Assembly (NCBI GenBank): GCA_020849615.1
Contig: JADLFW010000018.1
Location: forward strand, 55,722 to 119,721
Origin: Phycisphaerales bacterium
GTDB taxonomy: Bacteria; Planctomycetota; Phycisphaerae; Phycisphaerales; UBA1924
Direction: 5' to 3'
Length of the DNA stretch: 64,000 bases
A program made the translations under genes and the position numbers. Position 1 is the first letter of the stretch. Every line of letters begins with the position of its first letter. Below, piece after piece: positions 17,566 through 26,467 of this stretch. Under the pieces are notes generated by a model that saw nothing but the letters and a program-made list of their open reading frames with translations, was not told the DNA's origin and did not search any database.

Positions 17566-18917
17566 GACCCGCGCTCCGAACCACGTTCCGACCCACTCCC
17601 GCCGGGCCTCGGCGTCGCCTCAGGTGATACGCCCTTCCCCTGCTCGCTGTGCGGGCCTCCCGATCCGGAAGCCCCCGATCCCCCCCCCAGCAGCGAGTTG
17701 ATCACCGACTCATCCACCTCCGGCGGCTTCTGGAACGGTTGCGCCGGGCCCGGCTTCTGCGGACGGGCCTCCGCGGCCCCGGGCGCTCCCGCGGCCGGTC
17801 GCTCCGCCCCCTCCACAAGCGACCCGATCACCGACTCATCCACGCCCTTGGGCGCCGCCGGGCCGCTCATCTCCACCGCCGCCACCTTCGCCGCAACGGG
17901 CGTCGCCGCCTCGCTCTTCACCAGCCGGTCGATCAGCGCCTCACCGTGGTCTTGCTCGGCCCGCAGGAACGACGCCGTCTGGCCGCCCGAGGTCGCGCCC
18001 GAGGTGTGCGCGTGCTCCGCGCGAGCCCGGTCAACGATCTGCAGGAACAGGTCCTCGAGCTTCTGCCGCGGCCGGCTCACCCGCAGGATCGTCTTGCTCC
18101 CCCCCGACCGCGCCCGGATCACCCGGTCGATCTCCGCGACCGTCTCCTCATCGAGCGTGTCGGCCTCGATCGACGTCGCGTTCTGGCTCTCCAGCAGCGA
18201 CTCGCACGTCCCCTCGGCCCGGCGCTTGCCCCCGTACAGGATCACCATCCGGTCGACGCAGTCCTCGACATCCGCCAGCAGGTGGCTCGACAGCAGCACC
18301 GTCTTGCCGCGCCGGCCCAGCTCGATGATCAGGTCCTTGATCTGCCGCGTGCCGATCGGGTCCAGCCCCGTCGTCGGCTCATCCAGGATCAGGAAATCAG
18401 GGTCGTTGATCAGCGCCTGCGCGATCCCGATGCGCCGCTGCATGCCCTTGGAGTACTCGCGCACGGGCCGGAACTGCGCCCCCGCCAGCCCGATCATGTC
18501 GAGCAGCTCATCCGTCCGCCGCACACGCGTCTTGCGGTCAAGATGGAACAGCTTCCCGTAGTAGTCCAGCGTCTCCCGCGCGTTCAGGAACGGGTAGAGA
18601 TACGACTCCTCGGGCAGGTATCCCACCCGCGACTTCATCGCGACATCCGTCGGCGGCTTGCCGAACACCGCCACCCGCCCCGAGGTCGGCCGCAGCAGCC
18701 CCAGGATCATCTTGATCGTTGTGCTCTTGCCCGAGCCGTTCGGGCCCAGCAGCCCGAAGATCTCCCGCCGCTCGATCCGGAAGCTCAGCCCATCCACCGC
18801 GCGGGCCCGGTCCCGCATCCAGAAGTCCTTGAAGATCTTCGTCAGCTGCTGGCACTCCACCACCGGTGTGCCCTGGCTTCCCACGCTCGTGGCGGACAAG
18901 TTCGTGACCATGTTCAT
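17562..18917 (-). CDS. ABC transporter ATP-binding protein with a roughly 150-aa low-complexity C-terminal tail
   Basis: Walker A GPNGSGKST, Q-loop, signature YSKGMQRRIGIAQAL, Walker B FLILDEPTTGLD and H-loop SSHLL. Confidence 0.9.
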   Translation of the reverse strand: MNMVTNLSATSVGSQGTPVVECQQLTKIFKDFWMRDRARAVDGLSFRIERREIFGLLGPNGSGKSTTIKMILGLLRPTSGRVAVFGKPPTDVAMKSRVGYLPEESYLYPFLNARETLDYYGKLFHLDRKTRVRRTDELLDMIGLAGAQFRPVREYSKGMQRRIGIAQALINDPDFLILDEPTTGLDPIGTRQIKDLIIELGRRGKTVLLSSHLLADVEDCVDRMVILYGGKRRAEGTCESLLESQNATSIEADTLDEETVAEIDRVIRARSGGSKTILRVSRPRQKLEDLFLQIVDRARAEHAHTSGATSGGQTASFLRAEQDHGEALIDRLVKSEAATPVAAKVAAVEMSGPAAPKGVDESVIGSLVEGAERPAAGAPGAAEARPQKPGPAQPFQKPPEVDESVINSLLGGGSGASGSGGPHSEQGKGVSPEATPRPGGSGSERGSERGS

Positions 18918-18976
18918 CCCCGGGCCGCCGGGCCCGCGTTAGCCGCACTCCCCATCCCGCCGCCAAACCCCGCGGC

Positions 18977-20392
18977 CTATCGCGGCGTCGCCTGCAGCAT
19001 GCCCGTGTCCGTCTGGAACCGGGCCGCCTTCCGGGCCCGCTCCGAGGCCTCCGTCGCGATCTGCGCCTCCCGCAGCTTCTGGGCCCGGTCCAGCTCCTTC
19101 AGCACATCGGGGTCGGGGTTGATCAGCAGCTCCAGGCTGCTCGTGCCCTCCGGCAGCCACATCATCTGCACGCTGTCGCGGTCCATCAGCTTGGTCAGGG
19201 CTTCCTTCCACTCGCGCTCGATCATCACCAGCGGGCTGCCCTCATACAGCTCGAGCTTGGCCCGGAACGCCGTCGCGTCCGCCTGGGCCCGGTTCACGAT
19301 GTCGGCCCGGTACTGCCGCGCATCGTTGAGCAGCGCGGTGACCTCGCCCGAGGCCCGCGGCGCATCGGCGCCGGCCCGGCCCTCGAAGAGCGCGTTGACC
19401 TTCGCCAGCGCCGCGGTCTTGCCCGCGGCATCGCCGCTGTCCACGGCCCGCTCGTACTCGTCGATCCCCGCCAGCAGCGCATCCACCGCCGCCCCCGCCT
19501 TGGCGTTCAGCACGCGCTGCCGCTCGGTCTCGGCCTCTTCGCGCAGCTTGTTGGCGTTGGCCGCCGCGGCCTGCACGGCGTTGAACTTGTCGCGCAGGAA
19601 CAGGGGCGGCATCTTCTGGTCCAGCGCCAGCTGGTCGATCACGATCCCGCTGCCCGTCGCCGTCAGCATCCGCTGGGCGATCTCCTTGGCCCGCGACGCC
19701 ACGCTCCCCGCATCCCCCGTCGACTGCTTCAAGAGGTCGTCGATCGTCACCTGGGCCGCTGCGTGCACGATCCCCCGCTGCACCGCCGCCATCACCAGCT
19801 TGCGCTCATCCTCGGTGTAGATGTTCTGCGCGTACAGCTCCGGCTTCTCCCGCCGGTACACCACCGACCACTGCGTGTGCGCGATGCTGTTATCCGCCGT
19901 CAGCAGCGACCCGTCGTTGGCCGGGTTCAGCGAGCTCGACCGCGGGATCTGGTCGATCGGCCGCCCCCGGGCCGACTCCTCCACGAACGGCCAGAACGAG
20001 CGGTCGATGCTCAGGTTCACCGCCCCCGTGCTCACCTTCACCAGCTCGCCCACCGGGTACGGGAAGCTGAAGCGGAACCCGGGGTCCAGCCGGGCCGACT
20101 CCACCTTGCCGAACATCAGCCGGATCCCCTGCTCACCCTCCTTCACCGACTGGAACCCGCTGAACGCGAACAGCACCGCCAGCACCACCATCGCCAGCTG
20201 CAGGATCCGGAACGTGATCCGGATCGCCTCCGAGAGCGACTGGTGCGCCGGGTCCAGCAGCGAAGCCTCATCCACCGCCGAGCGCGGGCCGCCCTCGCCG
20301 CCGGCGCCCCGCGCCGGGCCGCCGCCCGCCCCGCCGGTCAACAGCGGATCATCCGGGCCGCGCCGCACACTCTGGAAGTGGGGGGCGCTCAT
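18977..20392 (-). CDS. SPFH/band-7 protein (HflK/HflC-like)
   Basis: Single TM ILQLAMVVLAVLFAFSGF. SPFH core GEQGIRLMFGKV...LDPGFRFSFPYPVGELVKVS. Long C-terminal coiled coil. The start overlaps the upstream stop (ATGA at 20389-20392). Confidence 0.8.
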   Translation of the reverse strand: MSAPHFQSVRRGPDDPLLTGGAGGGPARGAGGEGGPRSAVDEASLLDPAHQSLSEAIRITFRILQLAMVVLAVLFAFSGFQSVKEGEQGIRLMFGKVESARLDPGFRFSFPYPVGELVKVSTGAVNLSIDRSFWPFVEESARGRPIDQIPRSSSLNPANDGSLLTADNSIAHTQWSVVYRREKPELYAQNIYTEDERKLVMAAVQRGIVHAAAQVTIDDLLKQSTGDAGSVASRAKEIAQRMLTATGSGIVIDQLALDQKMPPLFLRDKFNAVQAAAANANKLREEAETERQRVLNAKAGAAVDALLAGIDEYERAVDSGDAAGKTAALAKVNALFEGRAGADAPRASGEVTALLNDARQYRADIVNRAQADATAFRAKLELYEGSPLVMIEREWKEALTKLMDRDSVQMMWLPEGTSSLELLINPDPDVLKELDRAQKLREAQIATEASERARKAARFQTDTGMLQATPR

Positions 20393-21405
20393 CGCGGCGC
20401 CCCCTCCGACCGCGGCTGGCCCGCCGGCGTCTCACCGGCCTTCGGCTGCGCGGGCCGGGCCGGCCCGGGCTCGGTCGGCCCGCCGCCCTGCCCCAGCGCC
20501 GACGGGTCCACCAGCCCCAGCTCCGACGCCGTCATCACGAACGTCGCGCGCTTGGACATCACATCCTTGAAGAACTCCATCTTGCGCAGGAACACCGCCA
20601 GCTGCGGGTTGGAATCCAGCTTCTTGATGTACTCCGCCGCCTCGTTGTCGCCCCGCGACTTGATCTCCTGCGCCAGCGTCTGCGCGAACGTCTCGATCTT
20701 GCGGGCGTTGGATTCGGCCGTCGAGCGGATCGTCTGGGCCACGCTGGCCCCCTTGCTCTCCAGCTCCTTGGCCAGCTTGTCCCGCGTCTGCCCCATCGCG
20801 TCGAACACCGCCGTCGTCGTCGCCTCGGGCAGCACGATCCGGCTCACGCCGACATCCATGACCTCCAGGCCCCAGTTCGCCAGCGTGCCCGCCTGCTCCC
20901 CGCCCGTGTTCATCGTCGCCAGCACCTGGCCCTCCAGGTCGCCCAGCTTCGTGCCCGCGGGGTCGGGCGTGAACAGCTCGCTCAGCCGGAACTTGCTCGT
21001 CGACGCCAGCGCGCTCGACAGGCTCTTGCGCAGGCTCTCCTCCGCGCTGCGGTAATGGTCCACCGACCGCTCCCCCGCGTTGCTGAAGCGCTGGAAGAAC
21101 TTCAGCGGGTCCGTCACCCGCCACGTGCAGAACGCCTCCACGATGATCTGGCGGTCATCGGCCGTCTGCTGCGTCTCGCTCCGGGCCTGCAAAATCCGCA
21201 GCCGCGTGTCGTACTTCGTCACGCTCTGGATCGGGTAGGGCCACTTGAAGCGCAGCCCGGCGTCCTTCTTCACGTCCTCCGGGCCCGCCTTCCCGAACGT
21301 CGTCAGCACCGCCGCCTCCGTGAACCGCACCGTGTAGGTGACGGTGAACGAGAGCAGCGCCGCCAGGAACACCGCCGTGATCACGATCAAGACCAGTCGT
21401 CGCAC
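20389..21405 (-). CDS. SPFH/band-7 protein (HflC-like)
   Basis: N-terminal TM LVLIVITAVFLAALLSFTV. SPFH core reads TEAAVLTTFGKA...GLRFKWPYPIQSVTKYDTRLRIL...IIVEAFCTWRVTDPLKFF. Confidence 0.8.
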   Translation of the reverse strand: MRRLVLIVITAVFLAALLSFTVTYTVRFTEAAVLTTFGKAGPEDVKKDAGLRFKWPYPIQSVTKYDTRLRILQARSETQQTADDRQIIVEAFCTWRVTDPLKFFQRFSNAGERSVDHYRSAEESLRKSLSSALASTSKFRLSELFTPDPAGTKLGDLEGQVLATMNTGGEQAGTLANWGLEVMDVGVSRIVLPEATTTAVFDAMGQTRDKLAKELESKGASVAQTIRSTAESNARKIETFAQTLAQEIKSRGDNEAAEYIKKLDSNPQLAVFLRKMEFFKDVMSKRATFVMTASELGLVDPSALGQGGGPTEPGPARPAQPKAGETPAGQPRSEGAPR

Positions 21406-21453
21406 GCCAACGCTCCTGCTAGAGAATCCGACACGCCTTCTCGTCTCGCCGTC

Positions 21454-23577
21454 TCACTGGTTCTCCGGCGTCTTCCCCACGTTGGGGTCAAAGATAGCCG
21501 CCCCGGACTGCCTGTCCTGCAGCTCGGCCCGGATCTTCAGGTCCGCCACCGCATCGCTCGTGATGTACAGCCGCGACTTGGCGAAGGCTTCCTTCAGCGC
21601 CTCGAAGTACAGCGACGCCTTGTACACCTCCGGCGAGGCCTCGTACGCCGCCAGCTGCCCCTCGTACCGCGCGGCCCGCCCGCGCTCCCGCATGTGCCGG
21701 GCCCAGCGCTCGGCCCGGGCCTCGGCGATCGTCGCCGCCGCCCGCCCGCCCGCCGTCTCGATCAGCTGCTGGATCTTGCGCTCCTGGGCCCGGATCTGCT
21801 CGGAAGTCGCCGGGCTCGCCCCGCCGCGGCCATCCCGCAGCGCCGTCAAGGCGTCGATCTCCGCCACGATCCGGTTCGCCAGGTCCACGCTGCCCACCAC
21901 CCGCGTCAGCGTCTCGATCTCATCCGCGTTGGCCGCCTCGATCTTGGCCTGACGGTTCTGCTCCGCCTGCACCACCCGCTCGAAGTTCGCCGCCACCTTC
22001 TGGGGCGGGTGTGGACGCATCACCCCCAGCGCCAGGATCTCGACGCCCGCCCCCCGCGGCTTGCCGTCCGGGCCCGGGTTCATCTCCGCGAACGCCGCCT
22101 CGATCCGCTTCCGCAGCTCGGCCGCGATCTCGACCTTCCGCCCGCCGATCACATCATCCAGCGAAGCCCCCGAGAAGTACCGCACGATCTCCCGCTGGGC
22201 CACCGACCGCAGCAGGTCATCCCGCAGCTCGGGCGCCGCCAGCTGGTCGAAGAGCATCACATCGCTCACCGCGTACTGCAGCGGGATCTCGACCGCCACC
22301 ATCGCCAGCCCGGCGACCGCATCCCGTCCCGATGATTCCGCCCCCGCCCGCGACGGCTGCACCAGCTGGTACATCTCCTCGCGCGCGTGCTCGTTGGTCC
22401 ACAGGATCGGCCCCTCCGCGGTCGGCGGCGGCGTCGCCAGGTCGATCGTCCGAACGCCGGTCGCGGTGTACCCGGCCACGCTGCGCCGGCCCGTCCGTGG
22501 ATCGGTCCTCAGCAGCACCGGCGACTCCACGGTGTCGATGGGCCACGGCGCCTTGACGTGCAGGCCCGGGCCCAGCTCCTTGCCGATCGGCCGCCCGAAC
22601 CGCAGCACGATCGCCCGCTGGTGCGGCTGCACCACCGTCAGCGCGGTCAACGCCCAGATGATGCCCAGCCCCAGCAGCAGGAGCAGCAGCACCGACCGGC
22701 TCAGCAGCCGGTAGAACCACCCCGAGGTGACGTTGAACCCCAGCTGGTAGTTGATCGCATCGCTGATCGACTTGGCGATCCGGTCCGGCGCCGCCGCGAA
22801 CCCCAGGAACCGCGAGTCGAACGCGGGCCGGGGCAGCTCGCCCGGCTTCCGCGGCCGGTACAGGTCCAGCACGAAGTTCAGGAAGATCTCGGCGCCCGCC
22901 GCGATCATGTAGATCGGGAACGCGACCTGCAGGTACCGCAGCACCACATCAGGCCCGGCGATGTCGATGAACTGCCCGACCGCCATCGCCAGGCCCAGCA
23001 GCGCTGCGCCCACCGCCGCGGCCGAGCCGGCCCGCAGGTTGGCCCACACCTTCTGCTTGGCCATCCCCGAGACGTACCGCGCGAACACGAAGCCCACGAA
23101 CGCCAGGCTCAGCCCGATCGCGATGGCCCAGCCGCGCTGCGCGGGCTCGCCGAAGCGGTCCGGCGACAGGAGGTCCCGCGCCTGCGAGAGCCGCCACAGC
23201 CCCAGCCCGATCATCGCCGCGCCGATCGCCAGGCTCACCGCGGGGACCGCGAAGCGGTGCAGCATCTGCACCCGCCGGGCCGCCACGCGGAAATCCCCCG
23301 CCTGACCCTCGAAGACGCTCGACCCCGCCCCCTCCGCCTCCGCCAGACGCTCCGCCTCCAGCGCCTCCACCCGCTCCCGCCGGTGCTGATCAAAGACGAT
23401 CACCAGCGTCAGCCAGATCGGCACCCCCAGCGCCACCGCCAGGCACGCCGTCACCGCCGCGTGGTCGTGCGCCAGCACCCCGTACACCAGCAGCGCCACC
23501 GCCAGCACCGTCTGGATCACCAGCCCCAGAAGGCTCACGCTCGTCGCACGCCGGTAGGTCAGATAGTCGGCTTTCAT
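21454..23577 (-). CDS. Polytopic membrane protein fused to an SPFH/band-7 domain
   Basis: Start at ATG 23577 (MKADYLTYRR). About 330 aa with multiple TM helices. Then QRAIVLRFGRPIGKELGPGLHVKAPWPIDTV and a C-terminal coiled coil. Confidence 0.8.
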   Translation of the reverse strand: MKADYLTYRRATSVSLLGLVIQTVLAVALLVYGVLAHDHAAVTACLAVALGVPIWLTLVIVFDQHRRERVEALEAERLAEAEGAGSSVFEGQAGDFRVAARRVQMLHRFAVPAVSLAIGAAMIGLGLWRLSQARDLLSPDRFGEPAQRGWAIAIGLSLAFVGFVFARYVSGMAKQKVWANLRAGSAAAVGAALLGLAMAVGQFIDIAGPDVVLRYLQVAFPIYMIAAGAEIFLNFVLDLYRPRKPGELPRPAFDSRFLGFAAAPDRIAKSISDAINYQLGFNVTSGWFYRLLSRSVLLLLLLGLGIIWALTALTVVQPHQRAIVLRFGRPIGKELGPGLHVKAPWPIDTVESPVLLRTDPRTGRRSVAGYTATGVRTIDLATPPPTAEGPILWTNEHAREEMYQLVQPSRAGAESSGRDAVAGLAMVAVEIPLQYAVSDVMLFDQLAAPELRDDLLRSVAQREIVRYFSGASLDDVIGGRKVEIAAELRKRIEAAFAEMNPGPDGKPRGAGVEILALGVMRPHPPQKVAANFERVVQAEQNRQAKIEAANADEIETLTRVVGSVDLANRIVAEIDALTALRDGRGGASPATSEQIRAQERKIQQLIETAGGRAAATIAEARAERWARHMRERGRAARYEGQLAAYEASPEVYKASLYFEALKEAFAKSRLYITSDAVADLKIRAELQDRQSGAAIFDPNVGKTPENQ

Positions 23578-24016
23578 GCTCTGTCCCAATGCGCCCGCCC
23601 GCGGGCACAACAATCCCCACTCGGTCGGTCCCCTCGCCGCCGGGCCCGGGCCTTCCCCGTTCGCCGGTTGTCAAACCGGTCGTCGCCGCCCGGGGCTGCA
23701 TCCCCTCCGCGACCGCCGACCGCTCGCTCTCGTCCTCCGGGGCGGGCGAACGCCCGCTTCGAACCGGCAAGACCTTTCCCGGGCACCGAACCCGCCTCCC
23801 GCGGGGGCGTATTGTGTCCACCCCCGCACGGGCTGTCCACCGACCTCGCGCCCCCTCACTCCTCAAAGGTGTGGGGGCGCACCTTCGGCGGTTTGATGTA
23901 CGGACGCCGCGAACCTATGTTCGTCGCCGCCCGAAGAACTCTTCGCCGGGCCTTCTCTCCCCGGCGCCCCTCCGGAGCCCGCACCGCGGCCCCGGGCGCC
24001 CCCGCAGCTTCCGGAC

Positions 24017-25363
24017 ATGCTCACCCAGATCCTCTCCATCGCCCGCAACACCTTCGTCGAGGCCCTGCGCCAGCCCGTCTTCTTCGTGCTGGTCATGCTC
24101 TCCGGGGTCATCCAGCTCTTCAACGTCTGGGGCTCCGCCTTCAGCATGGGGATGCAGGAATCCTCCGAAGTCCAGGGCGATGACAAGATCATGCTCGATG
24201 TCGGCATGGGCACCATCTTCGTCCTGGGCACCCTCCTGGCCGCCTTCATCGCCACCGCCGTCGTCAGCCGCGAGATCGAGAACAAGACCGTCCTCACCGT
24301 CGTCAGCAAGCCGGTCGCCCGCTGGGTCATGATCGTCGGCAAATACGCCGGCATCGCCGGCGCCATCCTCGTCGCCGTCCTCACCATGCTCCTTTTTCTC
24401 TACTTTTCCATCCGCCACGGCGTCATGAGCACCGCCAGCGACAACCTCGACCAGCCCGTCCTGGTCTTTTCTCTCTCCGCCGTCTTCCTTGCCATCCTCA
24501 TCGCCGGATGGTGCAACTTCTTCTACGGCTGGAACTTCCCGCAGACCTCCGTTGTCCTCATGCTCCCCCTGCTTCTGGTGGGCTACCTCCTCGTCCTCTC
24601 CCTCAGCAAGGAGTGGAAGTGGCAGCCCATCACCAAGGACTTCAAGCCCCAGATCACCCTCGCCTGCACGTGCCTCGTCATGGCCATCATGGTCCTGACG
24701 GCCGCCGCCACGGCGGCCTCCACGCGCCTCGGCCAGGTCATGACCATCGTCGTCTGCGCGGGCCTCTTCATCGCCACCCTGCTCACCGACCACTTCATCG
24801 GGCGCTACGCCTTCCGCAACCAGACCGTCGCCGTCATCAAGTCCGCCGCCCCGGCCGACCCCGCCCGCACCACCTTCCAGCAGGCCGGCGACACCTTCAC
24901 CGTCGAACTCGCCGGGCCGCCCCGCGTCGACATCCAGCCCGGCTTCCCGTTCTACTACGGGCCCAACCCCGGCGGCTTCGCCCTCGCCGTCCCACCCTTC
25001 GCCGCTCCTACGCCGGAACGATCCCGCGAATCGGGGATGCAGGGCCCGCCGGCGGTCATCGTCACCCAGGTCCGCGATCTCAAGCTCACCATCCGCAACA
25101 TCGGCGAGCGTCCCGTGCCCGTCGATCGCGCCCCCGAAGCGGGTGACTTCGTCTTCGCGAAGCCGACCAGCGTCAGCATTCCGGCCCTGGCGATCTGGGC
25201 CGCCATCCCCAACATGCACCACTACTGGCTCCTGGATGCCATCACCCAGACCCAGCGCATCCCCCCGGCCCACGTCGCCAAGGTCGCCGGCTACGCCCTT
25301 GCCCAGATCACCGGGCTTCTCTCGATCGCCGTATTGCTGTTCCAGAAGCGGGATGTGGGCTGA
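24017..25363 (+). CDS. ABC-2-type permease-like membrane protein with a C-terminal soluble extension
   Basis: MLTQILSIARNTFVEALRQPVFFVLVML...REIENKTVLTVVSKPVARWVMIVGKY is typical of ABC-2/NosY-like permeases. Divergent from the SPFH operon. Confidence 0.75.
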   Translation: MLTQILSIARNTFVEALRQPVFFVLVMLSGVIQLFNVWGSAFSMGMQESSEVQGDDKIMLDVGMGTIFVLGTLLAAFIATAVVSREIENKTVLTVVSKPVARWVMIVGKYAGIAGAILVAVLTMLLFLYFSIRHGVMSTASDNLDQPVLVFSLSAVFLAILIAGWCNFFYGWNFPQTSVVLMLPLLLVGYLLVLSLSKEWKWQPITKDFKPQITLACTCLVMAIMVLTAAATAASTRLGQVMTIVVCAGLFIATLLTDHFIGRYAFRNQTVAVIKSAAPADPARTTFQQAGDTFTVELAGPPRVDIQPGFPFYYGPNPGGFALAVPPFAAPTPERSRESGMQGPPAVIVTQVRDLKLTIRNIGERPVPVDRAPEAGDFVFAKPTSVSIPALAIWAAIPNMHHYWLLDAITQTQRIPPAHVAKVAGYALAQITGLLSIAVLLFQKRDVG

Positions 25364-25536
25364 TCCCCTCAGCGGTCGGGCCGGGCCACAGTGGCGGGCC
25401 GGCCCGGCGAACCCCGGGTGGCCCGGGCCCGCCCATCACGTCTAGAATTTGTTCTGCACCCCCGCGATGATTTCTCATCGATCCCGGCCCGGTGCTCCGA
25501 TCCGCCTCTGCCGTGTCCGTTTCTGGAGGTTGTCCA

Positions 25537-25839
25537 ATGGCCAAGTCACTGATCGATGAGTCGATGTCGGGGGTCGGGGTCAAGGGCCCGGGCGGCCGCC
25601 CCGGCAAGTCCGAGGGCGCAGCCAAGGCATCCGCCGACCGCATCAAGCTCATCGTCGCGATCGTGGTGCTCACCATCGGGCTGGGCCTGATCGGCTACAG
25701 CCAGGGGCTCTTTGACTTCCTCAAGCCCAAGCCGCCGGACATCACCAAGACCTTCACGCCCGAGCAGCAGGAGGCGTACCGGAAGGCCGATGAGGCGAAG
25801 GAAAAGCTCAACAAGGAAATCCCGCCCAGCGGGTCGTGA
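25537..25839 (+). CDS. Small single-pass membrane protein
   Basis: GGAGG at 25525-25529, seven nt before ATG 25537. Sequence MAKSLIDES..., TM IKLIVAIVVLTIGLGLIGY, charged C-terminus. Confidence 0.6.
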   Translation: MAKSLIDESMSGVGVKGPGGRPGKSEGAAKASADRIKLIVAIVVLTIGLGLIGYSQGLFDFLKPKPPDITKTFTPEQQEAYRKADEAKEKLNKEIPPSGS

Positions 25840-25904
25840 GCGCGAAGACCCCCCGCGCCCGTTTGCACTGATCCGAGGCCGTCTCGTTTCGGCGAGCTCG
25901 ATGC

Positions 25905-26345
25905 TCAGGCCGGGCTGAACGTCGCGCCATCCAGCACATCGCCGCTCACGAACTGGCCGATCTCGAACTGGCCCGTCGACTGCCGCGCATCGCCCAGCTT
26001 GCAGTGGATCGGCGCACCGGCGTTGATCGTGATCGTGTTGGTGCCGGTGTCGATCGCCACGATGTGGCCCTGCACGCGCCGCGGACGGCCCGCCACCGGC
26101 TCGATGTAGCGCCCGCCCGTCGTCACCGTGTCGATGCGCCGGGCCTGGGCATCGATCCGGCCGACGATGCGCTTGCCGACCGGCGTCGAGATCGGCCCGG
26201 CGGGCCGGAGGTGCAGCTCGTAGCTGGTGTCGGGGATGGTGAGCTTGATGTAGCCCGGCTTGGTGGCCGTGGCCTCAACGACCGCGGCCAGCACGCCGCG
26301 CGCGAGCTCGGGGCTGATGCGGGTGGTGGGGGAGGGCGTGATCAT
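25905..26345 (-). CDS. Hypothetical protein (146 aa)
   Basis: Start at ATG 26345 (MITPSPTTRISPELARGVL). The composition is not low-complexity and no motif is recognised. It is the last gene of the co-directional dockerin array. Confidence 0.55.
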   Translation of the reverse strand: MITPSPTTRISPELARGVLAAVVEATATKPGYIKLTIPDTSYELHLRPAGPISTPVGKRIVGRIDAQARRIDTVTTGGRYIEPVAGRPRRVQGHIVAIDTGTNTITINAGAPIHCKLGDARQSTGQFEIGQFVSGDVLDGATFSPA

Positions 26346-26467
26346 GGCGCAAGCATAGAGAGGGCAGGGGGAGAGAGAACAGTCGCGGCCCGCCCGGAGT
26401 TGATGGCGCGGGGCGGGCCGCTCGAGGAGTAGACGGGTTTGGTGCCGCAGGATCGCGACCTTGGAAC

